A DNA stretch of 64,000 nucleotides from Candidatus Latescibacterota bacterium (GTDB lineage: Bacteria; Latescibacterota; UBA2968; UBA8231): positions 1,408,001 through 1,472,000 of the forward strand of contig OZ241362.1 of NCBI GenBank assembly GCA_965200315.1. The letters are read 5' to 3'. Made by a program: the position numbers and the translations under genes. The notes below the pieces were generated by a model. It was not told the DNA's origin and ran no database searches. It was given only the letters and a program-made list of their open reading frames with translations. Below, piece by piece: positions 1 through 12,085 of the stretch (the first letter of the stretch is position 1; each line of letters opens with the position of its first letter).

Positions 1-2
1 AC

Positions 3-767
3 GCGCTGGGGATGCTGGGCCGCAAGCCTAGCTTGCGGGTCTTGGATCGGCGGACGGCAACAGAGCGTTGGCAGCACGAGGGAGCGTTTTGTCAGATGCC
101 GATCGTGCGCGGCGATACCTTGATCGCGGTGGATGATAAAGGCGTGGTGCAGGCGCTGCGCCTCGCCGACGGACATGTGCTGTGGCGCGCTGAATTGGGT
201 GGGCTGGTGCGGACTGGCTTGGCGCTGCGCGGCGATCTCGCGTTTGCTGGCACGGCGTCCGGGGACTTGGTGACTTTGAACGCAGCAACCGGCAAAGAGC
301 GCTGGCGCACGGGCTTGGGGGAAGCTGTGCGCTCGCGGCCGCTAGCCGCTAGCGAGCGCGTGTTTGCGGCCACGGCCTCCGGCCGGGTACTGGCCGCCAG
401 CCGCGACTCCGGCCAAGTGGTGTGGGAGCGGGCCTTGGGCGCACTGCCGACCGCGGAGTTGGCGCTAGCGGCGGGCGTGCTGGTAGTAGGCTGCGCCGAC
501 CGCTACTTCTATGGACTAGACGCGGCCACCGGAGAGGTGCGGTGGACGTTTGCCACTAAGGGCGTGGTGCGCAGCAGCCCAGCCGCCACGGTGCATACCG
601 CGTATGGTGCTTCCAGCGACGGCCATCTCTACGCCTTGGATTTGCAAGATGGACATCTGCTGTGGAAATACCGCTTGGACGGGCCGGTTTTGGTGCCGGT
701 GTCCTTGGGCGCGGAGGTCGTCGCTGTCGCCACTGAGAAGCGGCTCCTCTACGTGTTTGGACGCTGA
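3..767 (+). CDS. PQQ-like beta-propeller repeat protein (BamB-like), 5' partial
   Basis: Repeated 'ALDxxTGxxRW/LW' blades; frame is open to the window edge. Confidence 0.85.
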   Translation, partial: ALGMLGRKPSLRVLDRRTATERWQHEGAFCQMPIVRGDTLIAVDDKGVVQALRLADGHVLWRAELGGLVRTGLALRGDLAFAGTASGDLVTLNAATGKERWRTGLGEAVRSRPLAASERVFAATASGRVLAASRDSGQVVWERALGALPTAELALAAGVLVVGCADRYFYGLDAATGEVRWTFATKGVVRSSPAATVHTAYGASSDGHLYALDLQDGHLLWKYRLDGPVLVPVSLGAEVVAVATEKRLLYVFGR

Positions 768-781
768 GCGAGGGAAACTCC

Positions 782-1210
782 ATGAAAAAGACGATTGCTT
801 GGTGCTTGGTGCTGCTTTCAGGTGCGCCGACATGGGCCGAACCATTGGAGTTGCCGCGGCAGCTAGCTCCGTTGGAAGCGGCCTTAGCCGCGCAATGGGC
901 CGAGCGGCCGGTGCTTAAGCAGCGGTCAATGCCAACTGCGGCTGCGGCTGCGGGCAAGGAGAAACGCTCGCGCAAGAAGCTCTACCTGAGCGCGGCCGTG
1001 GCCGTGGGGGCCGGTGCGGTGGCCTACTGGAGCAAGGAGCGGGCCGATGCTGCGTACGGCCGCTATTTGCGCTCGGCCAGCGTGGCGCGTCAGCAGCGAG
1101 AATTGGACGAGGCCAAGCACTTTGACCGCATAGCCGGCACGGCGTTTGTCGGCATGGAAGTAGGCTTGGTACTCAGCTCGTACCTGCTCTTTTTTAGGTC
1201 TCGGTCGTGA
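782..1210 (+). CDS. Exported/membrane hypothetical protein
   Basis: Signal peptide MKKTIAWCLVLLSGAPTWA plus two hydrophobic segments; GAGGG RBS upstream. Confidence 0.7.
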   Translation: MKKTIAWCLVLLSGAPTWAEPLELPRQLAPLEAALAAQWAERPVLKQRSMPTAAAAAGKEKRSRKKLYLSAAVAVGAGAVAYWSKERADAAYGRYLRSASVARQQRELDEAKHFDRIAGTAFVGMEVGLVLSSYLLFFRSRS

Positions 1211-2457
1211 GAAGCTGTCTCTGGATAGGGTGCTGCCTCGGCGCACTGGTCTTAGCTTGCAGCGATCGCCCGCGGCGCAACCCACTCGACCCGCAAGCCG
1301 AGGATGTGCAGAGCGAGTCGTTTAGCCCCTTGACGGCCTTGGCACTCAACGGCGAGGTGGAGTTGCAGTGGGACTTTTCCCACTTTTCCGATATCAAAGG
1401 CTACCGACTCTACCGCCGTCAGCCCAAGGGCGAGTGGGAGCCGATCACCCCGGGGCTGGCACCCGATGCGACCGCGTACTCGGACGCCGGGTTGCAAAAC
1501 GGGATGCACTACGAGTACCAACTCGGCTTGCTCGTCGCCGGGGAAGATGAACGCCCTAGCGGCAAGCCTGTGTCTGCTACGCCCGGCCCGGAAGTCGCTT
1601 GGGTGGCCGACCGCCACGCCGGGCTGGTGTGGAAAATCAGCGCGGATGCACGCAGCGCGCATTTTGCTCAGGGGCACTTTTTCGACTTGGCGGCGATTGC
1701 GCTCGACGTGGCCGATGGTTCGTGTTGGGTCAGCGACCGGGGGTTTGCCGGGCTATACCGGATTGCGAAAGACGGCGCGTTGACCACATTGGCCGCGGCC
1801 GTGGAGACACCCGGTGCTCTATCTATTGACGCCGCAGCGCGGATTGGCTGGTTGGCCGACGCGGGGCAGCAGCGGGTCTTTTTCTTTTTCTTAGACGCGA
1901 CAGATGTACTCTCCCTATTCCCGGTCGACGCCACCTTTACCCAGCCCGTGGCATTGGCCGCACAGGACGGGGGTTGCTGGATCGCCGACCAAGCCCAAGG
2001 CCGGGTGCTGTTCTACCAGACCGATGGCACCCGCGCCGTTGAATTTCGCACGCTGACAGCTCCCGAGGGGTTAGCGGCAGGTTCGGAGGGGGATGTGTGG
2101 CTGTTGGGTGGCGAGGGGAGCAGCTTGACGCGGTTGGACCGCACGGGCCGGGTCCTCGACGTGGAGCTACCTTTTGCGGTAGCCGTGGGACTGGCCGTGG
2201 ATGGCGCGAGCGGTGCCTGCTGGGTACTGGGGGAAAGGGACTTGGCGGTGTTGTCGGCCGACGGGACCTTACAGCAGCACTGGACCGACGTGCCCCAAGG
2301 CCGCGCCCTGTCCTTTGACGCGGTGCAGCAGCGGGCGTGGATTGCGACCGGCAACGCGCTGTTGAAATTCGCGCCCGAGGGCCAGACCCTCGCACAGCTC
2401 GACGGCTTTTCGTCCATCGTCCACATTGCCGTAGATCCAGGCGGCCGCAGCCGCTAG
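1207..2457 (+). CDS. Lipoprotein with FN3 domain and NHL/beta-propeller repeats
   Basis: Lipobox LVLAC; FN3 signature (VELQW...GYRLYRR...YSDAGLQNGMHYEY); repeated W(V/I/L)AD blades; GTG overlaps the upstream stop. Confidence 0.75.
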   Translation: MRSCLWIGCCLGALVLACSDRPRRNPLDPQAEDVQSESFSPLTALALNGEVELQWDFSHFSDIKGYRLYRRQPKGEWEPITPGLAPDATAYSDAGLQNGMHYEYQLGLLVAGEDERPSGKPVSATPGPEVAWVADRHAGLVWKISADARSAHFAQGHFFDLAAIALDVADGSCWVSDRGFAGLYRIAKDGALTTLAAAVETPGALSIDAAARIGWLADAGQQRVFFFFLDATDVLSLFPVDATFTQPVALAAQDGGCWIADQAQGRVLFYQTDGTRAVEFRTLTAPEGLAAGSEGDVWLLGGEGSSLTRLDRTGRVLDVELPFAVAVGLAVDGASGACWVLGERDLAVLSADGTLQQHWTDVPQGRALSFDAVQQRAWIATGNALLKFAPEGQTLAQLDGFSSIVHIAVDPGGRSR

Positions 2458-2527
2458 CCCTCTCTTGCATGGGTTGTACTCCTTAACGACCTTCCTTAGT
2501 TGCAACTTCAATTCCGCGAGAAGCAAT

Positions 2528-3496
2528 ATGACCGAACCAGCCCCCATTCACAGCATGACCGGCTTTGGCCGCGCCGCGGCCGAGCGGCAGGGTTTGCGGA
2601 TCGGCGTCGAATTGCGGTCGGTCAACAGCCGCTACCTCGATATACAGGTGCGCTGCCCGGCCGAAATCCAGTCCTTTGAGTCGGCCATCCGCGAGCGGAT
2701 TCAGGCGCAGGTCGGCCGCGGCAAGATAAGCGCGAATATCGCTTGGGATGAGGAAGGCCAGCCCGAGGCCCTGCCCCAGCTGGACGAGGAAGTCGCCAAG
2801 CACTATCTGGCCCAACTGCGGCGGCTGGCTGAATTGGCCCACATCGAAGCGGCCGACAGTCGGGCCGTGCTGCCCCGGCGCAAGGCGTTTCTCGCTCGCT
2901 TCAAAGGGCTAGAGCAGTTCAACGTGGGAATTGAGCGGGTGCTGTTGGCGAAGCTGCCCAAGCTCTTTCGCGTTCAAGCCGCAGCGCTGGATAGCGCGGT
3001 CGTACAAGAGGTACTGTGGGCGGGGCTGGACGAAGCGCTGGCCGAGTTGGTGGCCATGCGCGCGGCTGAAGGACGCGCCCTCGCTGTGGACTTGCGCGGT
3101 CGGGTCGAGTCGGTGGGGGCGCTGCTGGAGCGCGTAGTCGAGCGAACGCAGGCGACCCGAGGGCAGGTTGCCGAGCGGCTGCGGGAAAAGATCGCCGCCC
3201 TACTCGCGCCCGGAGCGGTGGCCGAAGATCGCCTCGCCACGGAAATTGCCCTGCTCGCCGAGCGCAGCGACATCGTCGAAGAAATCGTCCGCTTCCGCAG
3301 CCACAATGCCCAGTTCCTCGACACCTTGGCGCAGGGCGGCGAAGTGGGGAAGCGCTTGAACTTTCTCTTGCAGGAAATGCACCGCGAAGCCAACACCATC
3401 AATGCCAAGGCCGCAGACGCCGAGATCGCCCACGGGGTGGTCGAGATCAAAGAGGAAGTTGAGCGGCTGCGCGAGCAGGTGCAAAACTTGGCGTGA
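2528..3496 (+). CDS. yicC: YicC/YloC family endoribonuclease
   Basis: N-terminal SMTGFG...ELRSVNSRYLDI and C-terminal GKRLNFLLQEMHREANTI...ERLREQVQN. Confidence 0.92.
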   Translation: MTEPAPIHSMTGFGRAAAERQGLRIGVELRSVNSRYLDIQVRCPAEIQSFESAIRERIQAQVGRGKISANIAWDEEGQPEALPQLDEEVAKHYLAQLRRLAELAHIEAADSRAVLPRRKAFLARFKGLEQFNVGIERVLLAKLPKLFRVQAAALDSAVVQEVLWAGLDEALAELVAMRAAEGRALAVDLRGRVESVGALLERVVERTQATRGQVAERLREKIAALLAPGAVAEDRLATEIALLAERSDIVEEIVRFRSHNAQFLDTLAQGGEVGKRLNFLLQEMHREANTINAKAADAEIAHGVVEIKEEVERLREQVQNLA

Positions 3497-3504
3497 GGGC
3501 ATCT

Positions 3505-4047
3505 ATGGCATCCGTGCAGATCATTACCATCAGCGGCTTGGCCGGCAGCGGCACCACCACGGTGTGCGACCGGCTGTGTGCGCGGTTGGGCTGGGCTTAT
3601 GTCAATGCCGGAGCCGTCTTTCGCAAGCTGGCCCAAGAGGCGGGCGTGAGCTTGGCCGAGTTTGGCCAGCGGGCCGAAGCCGATGGCTGCATCGACCGCC
3701 AGCTCGATATGCGCTTGGTCGCGCAAGCGCGGGCGAGTGCGCCGGTCGTCGTCGAAGGGCGGCTCACCGGCTGGATGGCCCAGCGGTACCAGCTTCCAGC
3801 CCTCAAGGTTTGGCTGCAAGCCGCGCTCGCCGTGCGGGCCGAGCGCGTGGGGCAGCGCGAGGGCAAGCCGCTGGCGCAAGCCTTGGCGGAAACGCGCCAG
3901 CGCGAGGCTTCTGAGGCCCAGCGCTACGCCGCGCATCACCAAATCGCCATCAGCGACTTATCGGTGTACGACTTGGTCGTCGATACCGAGTGCTGCAATC
4001 CTCAAGCCGCCTGCGCGCACATCTTGGCGCGTCTCGATCAGCCATGA
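3505..4047 (+). CDS. cmk: Archaeal-type (d)CMP kinase
   Basis: IITISGLAGSGTTT P-loop, AGAVFRKLA, IDRQLD, VVEGRLTGW, DLSVYDLVVDT. Confidence 0.85.
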   Translation: MASVQIITISGLAGSGTTTVCDRLCARLGWAYVNAGAVFRKLAQEAGVSLAEFGQRAEADGCIDRQLDMRLVAQARASAPVVVEGRLTGWMAQRYQLPALKVWLQAALAVRAERVGQREGKPLAQALAETRQREASEAQRYAAHHQIAISDLSVYDLVVDTECCNPQAACAHILARLDQP

Positions 4048-5243
4048 GCTTGCAGGTCCGCCACATCCTGCTCGGAGTTACCGGCGGGATTGCCGCTTAC
4101 AAGACGCCGGAGATCGTGCGGCTGCTGACGGCTGAAGGGGCCGAGGTGCGGGTGGTGCTGACCCGCGCGGCGGGCGCATTCGTCGCGCCCAAGACGTTGG
4201 AGGTGCTTTCCCGCCACGTGGTGTACAGCGACTTGTTCGGCCGCGACGCAGAGTTTCCCGTTTTGCACGTGGGGTTGGCCGAGTGGGCCGACCTAATTTT
4301 AGTAGCGCCGGCTACGGCGCACTGCTTGGGGCGCATAGCCAGTGGTTTGGCTGACGACTTGCTCACCTCGGTATTGTTGTGCGCGGATGGGCCCGTCCTG
4401 CTGGCGCCGTCGATGGAGGAGAACATGTTCGCCAATGCGGCGGTCGCGGCCAATGTGCAGACCTTGGCAGAGCGGGGGTTCCATCTGTTCGACCCGGGAG
4501 TGGGGCCTTTGGCGTCGGGTGCGATCGGCCGCGGGCGAATGCCCGAGCCAGCGGAGTTAGTCGCGGCGGTGGCAGCGCATTTCAGCGGCGACTTGGATGG
4601 GCTGAAGCTGTTGGTAACGGCTGGTCCCACGGTTGAGGACCTCGATCCGGTGCGCTTTATTTCCAATCGCTCGTCGGGCAAGATGGGCTATGCTCTAGCC
4701 GAGCGAGCCGCGGCGCGTGGGGGCCGCGTATGGCTGGTCGCCGGGCCTACGGTGCTGCCTGCGCCCGCTGGCGTGGAGCACCAGTTGGTGCGCTCGACGC
4801 TCGACATGCAGTGCGCTGTCGAAGCCTTGTTTGAACAAGTAGATGGGGCGATTTTGGCGGCCGCTCCGGCCGACTACCGAGCCAAGGAAGTGGCCGCGCA
4901 AAAAATCAAGCGCGGCGCAGAGCCGCGTTCTATCGAGCTGGTCGAAAACCCGGACATTGCCGCTGGGCTGGGTCGGCGCAAGGGCCAGCGGTTGCTGGTC
5001 ATCTTTGCGATGGAGACGGAAAAGGGGCCGGAGCGGGCGCGGGAGAAGCTGGCGCGCAAGGGGGGCGACCTAATCGTGCTCAACATGCTCAACGACGAGG
5101 GGGCTGGTTTTGCCGGCGACACCAACCGCGTTACCCTGATCGACGCCGCTGGCCGCGAGGAAGCCCTGCCCCTGCTGAGCAAGTCAGCGGTTGCCGATCG
5201 CATTCTCGACTGGGTGCGGACGCGGCGGGAGGCGGTCATTTAA
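4044..5243 (+). CDS. coaBC: Bifunctional phosphopantothenoylcysteine decarboxylase/ligase
   Basis: GVTGGIAAYK, LVAPATA, APSM..NM, VTAGPTVEDLDPVRFISNRSSGKMG. Confidence 0.95.
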   Translation: MSLQVRHILLGVTGGIAAYKTPEIVRLLTAEGAEVRVVLTRAAGAFVAPKTLEVLSRHVVYSDLFGRDAEFPVLHVGLAEWADLILVAPATAHCLGRIASGLADDLLTSVLLCADGPVLLAPSMEENMFANAAVAANVQTLAERGFHLFDPGVGPLASGAIGRGRMPEPAELVAAVAAHFSGDLDGLKLLVTAGPTVEDLDPVRFISNRSSGKMGYALAERAAARGGRVWLVAGPTVLPAPAGVEHQLVRSTLDMQCAVEALFEQVDGAILAAAPADYRAKEVAAQKIKRGAEPRSIELVENPDIAAGLGRRKGQRLLVIFAMETEKGPERAREKLARKGGDLIVLNMLNDEGAGFAGDTNRVTLIDAAGREEALPLLSKSAVADRILDWVRTRREAVI

Positions 5244-5267
5244 TCCATACTTAGCGAGGATGTCGCT

Positions 5268-5951
5268 ATGGAAGAGCGGAACGAGGACTCCCTAGCCGAG
5301 GCCCGGCGCTATCTATCCGATTTAGTGGCTTTTGAAGGGACCCAATTCACAGCACCGGAGGCGATTGTGGAGCACAGCGCGGAGGAACCAGCGGTCGGGG
5401 CTTTAGAAGCCTTTCGCCGCCAGATTTGCGAATGCACCCGCTGTCGGCTGGGTGCGACGCGGCAGAATTTCGTGTTTGGCAGCGGCGATCCAGCAGCTGG
5501 CATCATGTTCATCGGCGAGGCCCCCGGAGCCGAGGAAGACCGCGTGGGTCAGCCCTTTGTAGGAAAAGCTGGGCAACTGCTGACCAAGATCATCGAGGCT
5601 ATGGGCCTATCGCGTGACGCGGTCTATATCTGCAACATACTCAAGTGCCGCCCGCCCAATAACCGCGACCCCCTGCCCGACGAGATTGAGCACTGCGATC
5701 CGTATCTCAAGCGCCAGATCGAAATCGTCCAGCCCCGCGTCATCTGCACCTTGGGCCGCTTTGCCGCGCAGACCCTGCTCCGCAGCCGCGAGCCTATGGG
5801 CCGCTTGCGCGATCAGGCGCACCACTACGAGGGCATCCCCTTGGTGGCCACGTACCACCCGGCGGCCCTCTTGCGCAACCCCCAGTGGAAGCGCCCGACT
5901 TGGGAGGACGTCAAGCGGGTGCGAAAGCTCTACGACGGGGTCGAACTCTAA
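5268..5951 (+). CDS. Uracil-DNA glycosylase family 4 (4Fe-4S)
   Basis: CxxCxL, GEAPGAEED, FVGKAG, NILKCRPPNNRDP, TYHPAALLR. Confidence 0.93.
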   Translation: MEERNEDSLAEARRYLSDLVAFEGTQFTAPEAIVEHSAEEPAVGALEAFRRQICECTRCRLGATRQNFVFGSGDPAAGIMFIGEAPGAEEDRVGQPFVGKAGQLLTKIIEAMGLSRDAVYICNILKCRPPNNRDPLPDEIEHCDPYLKRQIEIVQPRVICTLGRFAAQTLLRSREPMGRLRDQAHHYEGIPLVATYHPAALLRNPQWKRPTWEDVKRVRKLYDGVEL

Positions 5952-5968
5952 GTTTTTGGAGCTAAACC

Positions 5969-7351
5969 ATGACCCAAAGTCCAAATGGCGATCAGCGTCT
6001 CGGGCGGATGCCGCCGCAGGCCGTAGAGGTCGAGCAGGCCGTACTCGGAGCGATGATGCTAGAGCAACGGGCCATTGTCCGCGCCGTTGAAATCCTCGAC
6101 GAAAGCTGTTTCTACCACGCCCCCCACAGCCGGATATTCGCGGCCATGACCGAGCTTTTTGAGCGGGGCACAGCGGTCGATCAGCTAACCTTGACCGAGG
6201 AACTCAAGCGCCGCGGCCAACTCGACGATGTCGGCGGGGTTGTCTATCTGGCCAAGCTAGGGTCTGAAGTGGCCACGACGGCCAATATCGACTTTCACGC
6301 GCGGATCATTTTGGAGAAGGCGCTGGGCCGCAAGTTGATCGAAACCTCTAGCGAAATCATCGAGCGGGCGTACGCGGCGGACGAGGATGTCCAGCTTCTG
6401 ATCGACAATGCCGAGCAGAAGCTGTTCAGCCTGAGCGAAAACCAAATCGGCGCGGGCTTTGAGCCGCTCGAAAAGGTGATGGGCGAAACGTTCGAGCACC
6501 TCGAGCGCGTCCACGCGCGGGCCGGCACGGTCTTGGGGGTGGATACGGGTTTTGCCGATCTCAACGACCAGATGTCGGGTTTTCAGAAGGGCGATCTGAT
6601 CATTCTCGCGGCGCGGCCCAGCGTCGGCAAGACGGCCCTCGCATTGACGTTGGCTCGCAATGCGGCTGTGGAGGGTGGCGTTGGGGTGGCGATTTTCAGC
6701 TTGGAAATGTCTAAGATGCAGCTAGCCCAGCGCCTGCTCAGCGCGGAGACCAAGGTCGATTTGCACAAGCTACGCACCGGCCGGCTAAGTGACGAAGACT
6801 GGATGCACCTAACTCACAATATCGACCGCTTGGCCCGAGCGCCGATTTACATAGACGACACCCCCGGCATATCGGTGCTCGAAGCGCGGGCCAAGGCGCG
6901 GCGCCTACAGCGCGAGTTTGGGATTGACATGGTCATAATCGACTATCTGCAACTGATGAGTGGACATGTTAGGGCGCAGAGCCGCGAGCAGGAGATTTCG
7001 CATATCTCGCGCGGCCTCAAGGCCATGGCCAAAGAATTGGACGTGCCGGTTTTGGCCTTGTCGCAGTTGTCACGCGCCGTAGAAAGCCGCACAGACCGGC
7101 GGCCGCAGCTATCGGACCTGCGGGAGTCGGGCAGCTTGGAGCAGGACGCCGATATGGTGATGTTCATTTATCGTCCAGAGATGTACGATCTCAAGTCTCC
7201 AGACGGTGAGAGTCTGGAGGGCCTTGCCCAAATCATCATCGGCAAGCAGCGCAACGGCCCGGTTGGCTCGGTGGATTTGATGTGGAACAAGGAAAGTGCC
7301 ACGTACGAGGCGATGGCACCCGGATGGCGGACGGGGCCGGAAGAGTATTAG
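5969..7351 (+). CDS. dnaB: Replicative DNA helicase
   Basis: PPQ..EVEQAVLG, AARPSVGKT, FSLEM, IDYLQLM, LSDLRESGSLEQDAD, KQRNGP; no intein. Confidence 0.97.
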   Translation: MTQSPNGDQRLGRMPPQAVEVEQAVLGAMMLEQRAIVRAVEILDESCFYHAPHSRIFAAMTELFERGTAVDQLTLTEELKRRGQLDDVGGVVYLAKLGSEVATTANIDFHARIILEKALGRKLIETSSEIIERAYAADEDVQLLIDNAEQKLFSLSENQIGAGFEPLEKVMGETFEHLERVHARAGTVLGVDTGFADLNDQMSGFQKGDLIILAARPSVGKTALALTLARNAAVEGGVGVAIFSLEMSKMQLAQRLLSAETKVDLHKLRTGRLSDEDWMHLTHNIDRLARAPIYIDDTPGISVLEARAKARRLQREFGIDMVIIDYLQLMSGHVRAQSREQEISHISRGLKAMAKELDVPVLALSQLSRAVESRTDRRPQLSDLRESGSLEQDADMVMFIYRPEMYDLKSPDGESLEGLAQIIIGKQRNGPVGSVDLMWNKESATYEAMAPGWRTGPEEY

Positions 7352-9601
<2,250 letters not shown>

Positions 9602-9612
<11 letters not shown>

Positions 9613-10217
9613 GACAATGGTTTTACCAACGCCGCATCGGGACAAGCTCAAAGCCCTTCTTGAGAACAAACGGCTTCCTAAGGATGACCGGGGTCAAGTA
9701 GAAGAAGCGCTTCGGCGTTATGGCGACTGGATCGGTGAGATCGAGACGGTGGAGAGCGGGCGAAGAGATGCGGTTCAACGACTCGTGGAAGCGACAAATC
9801 GGTACAGAAATTTTATCGACTTAGACCTCATTTTCGACAGCCGGCAGGATTTTCTCTACCGGCAGAAAGGGCAGTTAAAGCTCGACAATACGATCGTCGA
9901 GGAGTTCCTGCCGCATTTGTTCTACCTCTCTCTATTTCCTCGTATGCGAATTTCTGGACATGACGCCGGTTTCTCTCGCCACGACGCATATCGACGATGT
10001 TCTGCTCGTCAGAAAAGCGAAGCGGATGTCGGCAAACCTTCGTCAAGAGTTTCGGACGGCAGACGAGAGACAAGCCCGTAGAGACGAGTACGTCCGTTTC
10101 CTGAAATCGTCGAAGTACTGTGCGGACGTATTTCAGCGCATGATCGACAAAATTCAACTCGCCCTAGATACGTCGGCCCCGGAAACGGACGACGTACTGA
10201 GCCGAGGGCATTTTTGA
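9602..10217 (+). pseudogene. Bpu10I-family restriction endonuclease with internal deletion and frameshift
   Basis: N-half LPTPHRDKLKALLEN...DFLYRQKGQLKLDNTIVEEFLPHL and C-half LYFLVCEFLDMTPVS...RKAKR...DVLSRGHF lie in different frames joined near 9926-9933; the central catalytic segment is absent. Confidence 0.8.
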
Positions 10218-10252
10218 TCGCCCAGAAATAACTCAAATGCGGGCCGCGTCCT

Positions 10253-11095
10253 TCACCTAAAGCCGAGGAAGCTCCGCGCGGTCTCGCCCATGATGCGTTG
10301 GCGCTGATCGCTGCTCAGGTCGGGTAGTAGGTGGTCGAGCACCTCAACGCACTCGCCGTAGCCGGGATCGGCGACAATCCAAGGAAAATCCGAAGCCCAC
10401 AGCAGGCGTTCGGCACCAAAGGCAGACAGCAGGCTGCGGTGCCAAGCGGCCAGGTCGGGATAGGGATAGGCCGCCTTGCTCATGGCGTATTGGCCCGACA
10501 GGTGGACGCAGACATTGGGCGAATCGGGCGCGGGGCCGAGGAACCCGGCCGGCGGCGGCATCTCCACGTCGATTTGCGGGCGGCCCTTGGCATCCCAAGT
10601 AAACCGATCCTCGCGCGGGCAGACCATGAGATGATTGATCACCACGCGCACTTGGGGAAAGTCGGTGAGGAACTGGGGCAGCAGCGGCGCGGCGGCAGCA
10701 CGCAAGTAGAGCCAGAGCACGTAGTCTTTGCGGGCGGCGTGTTGCCAGATAGGACGGGAAAAGTCGCCGAGCGAGCGGAGCCGGAAGCCGATGATCGAGC
10801 CGTCTTCCGCGAGGCGATCCATGTGGTCGGCGGGCGCGGGCGCGGCGGGCGGTATCAAGCCAATGCCCAAGAAGCGGTCGGGATAGGTGCGCAGGCAGTG
10901 TTGTAAATAGGCGTGATGCGCCAAGCTGGTGCCGCCGGTTTGCACGAGCACGGCCTTGTCGATGGCGTGGGCGGCCATGTGCGCCAAAAAGGCTTCGACG
11001 GGTGCTTCGCGCTCGGCGGGCATGCTCGAGGTGATCTCGCGCGGGAACTCGGCGCTGGGGCGGGCAAAGACATGCAGATGGGAGTCAATACGCAT
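10253..11095 (-). CDS. Amidohydrolase_2 family protein
   Basis: MRIDSHLHVF, VVINHL, LSGQY, FGAERLLWASDFPW. Confidence 0.88.
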   Translation of the reverse strand: MRIDSHLHVFARPSAEFPREITSSMPAEREAPVEAFLAHMAAHAIDKAVLVQTGGTSLAHHAYLQHCLRTYPDRFLGIGLIPPAAPAPADHMDRLAEDGSIIGFRLRSLGDFSRPIWQHAARKDYVLWLYLRAAAAPLLPQFLTDFPQVRVVINHLMVCPREDRFTWDAKGRPQIDVEMPPPAGFLGPAPDSPNVCVHLSGQYAMSKAAYPYPDLAAWHRSLLSAFGAERLLWASDFPWIVADPGYGECVEVLDHLLPDLSSDQRQRIMGETARSFLGFR

Positions 11096-11147
11096 AGTTT
11101 TATTGGGTTGGGATGAGGTTTCAGTAAAGATGGATAAGAGAGCCTCC

Positions 11148-12083
11148 ATGGACAAGATGGATACATCGCTCGTGCAACAGGTGAGGGTGCGTGTACCGGC
11201 TACGTCGGCGAATTTAGGAGCGGGCTTTGACTGCTTGGGACTGGCGCTGGAATTGTACATGGATTTGGCGGTGGAAGAAGAAGCAGGCGAGGGCTTGGAA
11301 ATCGCGGCTACGGGCGAGGGGAGCGCAAGCATCCCCTTGGACGAGCGCAACGCCGTGTATCAGGGAATGATACACGCATATAGGCGGGCCGGTAGGACGC
11401 CCGGGCGGCTGCGCCTAACGATTGCCAGCCAGATTCCGCTCGCCAGTGGGTTGGGCAGCAGTTCGGCGGCCCTAGTCGCTGGTTTGACCGCGGGAGCCGA
11501 GCTGTGTGGAATAGGGCTGGATCGGGAGGAGGTCTTGCGGCAGGGCGTGGGGGTGGAGGGACACCCGGACAATGTTGCGCCTTGCGTGTTGGGAGGGATC
11601 GTCATCGCAGCCTTGGACGGCGAGGAGGTTGCGTGGGTGCGGATCGAACCGCCGAGGGATTTGGCCGCGGTCGTGGCCATCCCGGACTTTCCCCTGCCTA
11701 CGCCCAAGTCTCGGAGCGTACTGCCCGAGCGGGTTGCACGGCGGGACGCGATATTTAACGCCGGGCGCGTCGGCCTGTTAGTAGCCGCGCTGCAACAGGG
11801 CGACTACAGCCTGCTGCGGACTGGGATGCAAGATCGGTTGCACCAGCCCTATCGAACGGCCTTGGTCCCGGGGATGGAAGCGGTGTTGGCCGCGGCTACA
11901 GAGGCTGAGGCATTGGGTGCGGCCTTGAGCGGGGCCGGGCCGACCGCGTTGGCGCTGGTCAGCGGCCAAGGCGCAGAGGTGGCCGAGGCCATGCAGCAAG
12001 CGTGGGCTAAAGAAGGAATTGCCGCACGAACCTTGGTCCTCGGCCTCGCCGCCGAGGGCGTACAATGCGCGAAAGAGAGGTAA
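11148..12083 (+). CDS. thrB: Homoserine kinase
   Basis: VPATSANLGAGFDCLGLAL, IPLASGLGSS, EGHPDN, DRLHQPYR, LSGAGPT. Confidence 0.95.
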   Translation: MDKMDTSLVQQVRVRVPATSANLGAGFDCLGLALELYMDLAVEEEAGEGLEIAATGEGSASIPLDERNAVYQGMIHAYRRAGRTPGRLRLTIASQIPLASGLGSSSAALVAGLTAGAELCGIGLDREEVLRQGVGVEGHPDNVAPCVLGGIVIAALDGEEVAWVRIEPPRDLAAVVAIPDFPLPTPKSRSVLPERVARRDAIFNAGRVGLLVAALQQGDYSLLRTGMQDRLHQPYRTALVPGMEAVLAAATEAEALGAALSGAGPTALALVSGQGAEVAEAMQQAWAKEGIAARTLVLGLAAEGVQCAKER

Positions 12084-12085
12084 AT

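Noticed and set aside
5969-7351. Possible intein in DnaB
   Set aside because: Length (460 aa) and motif spacing are normal.
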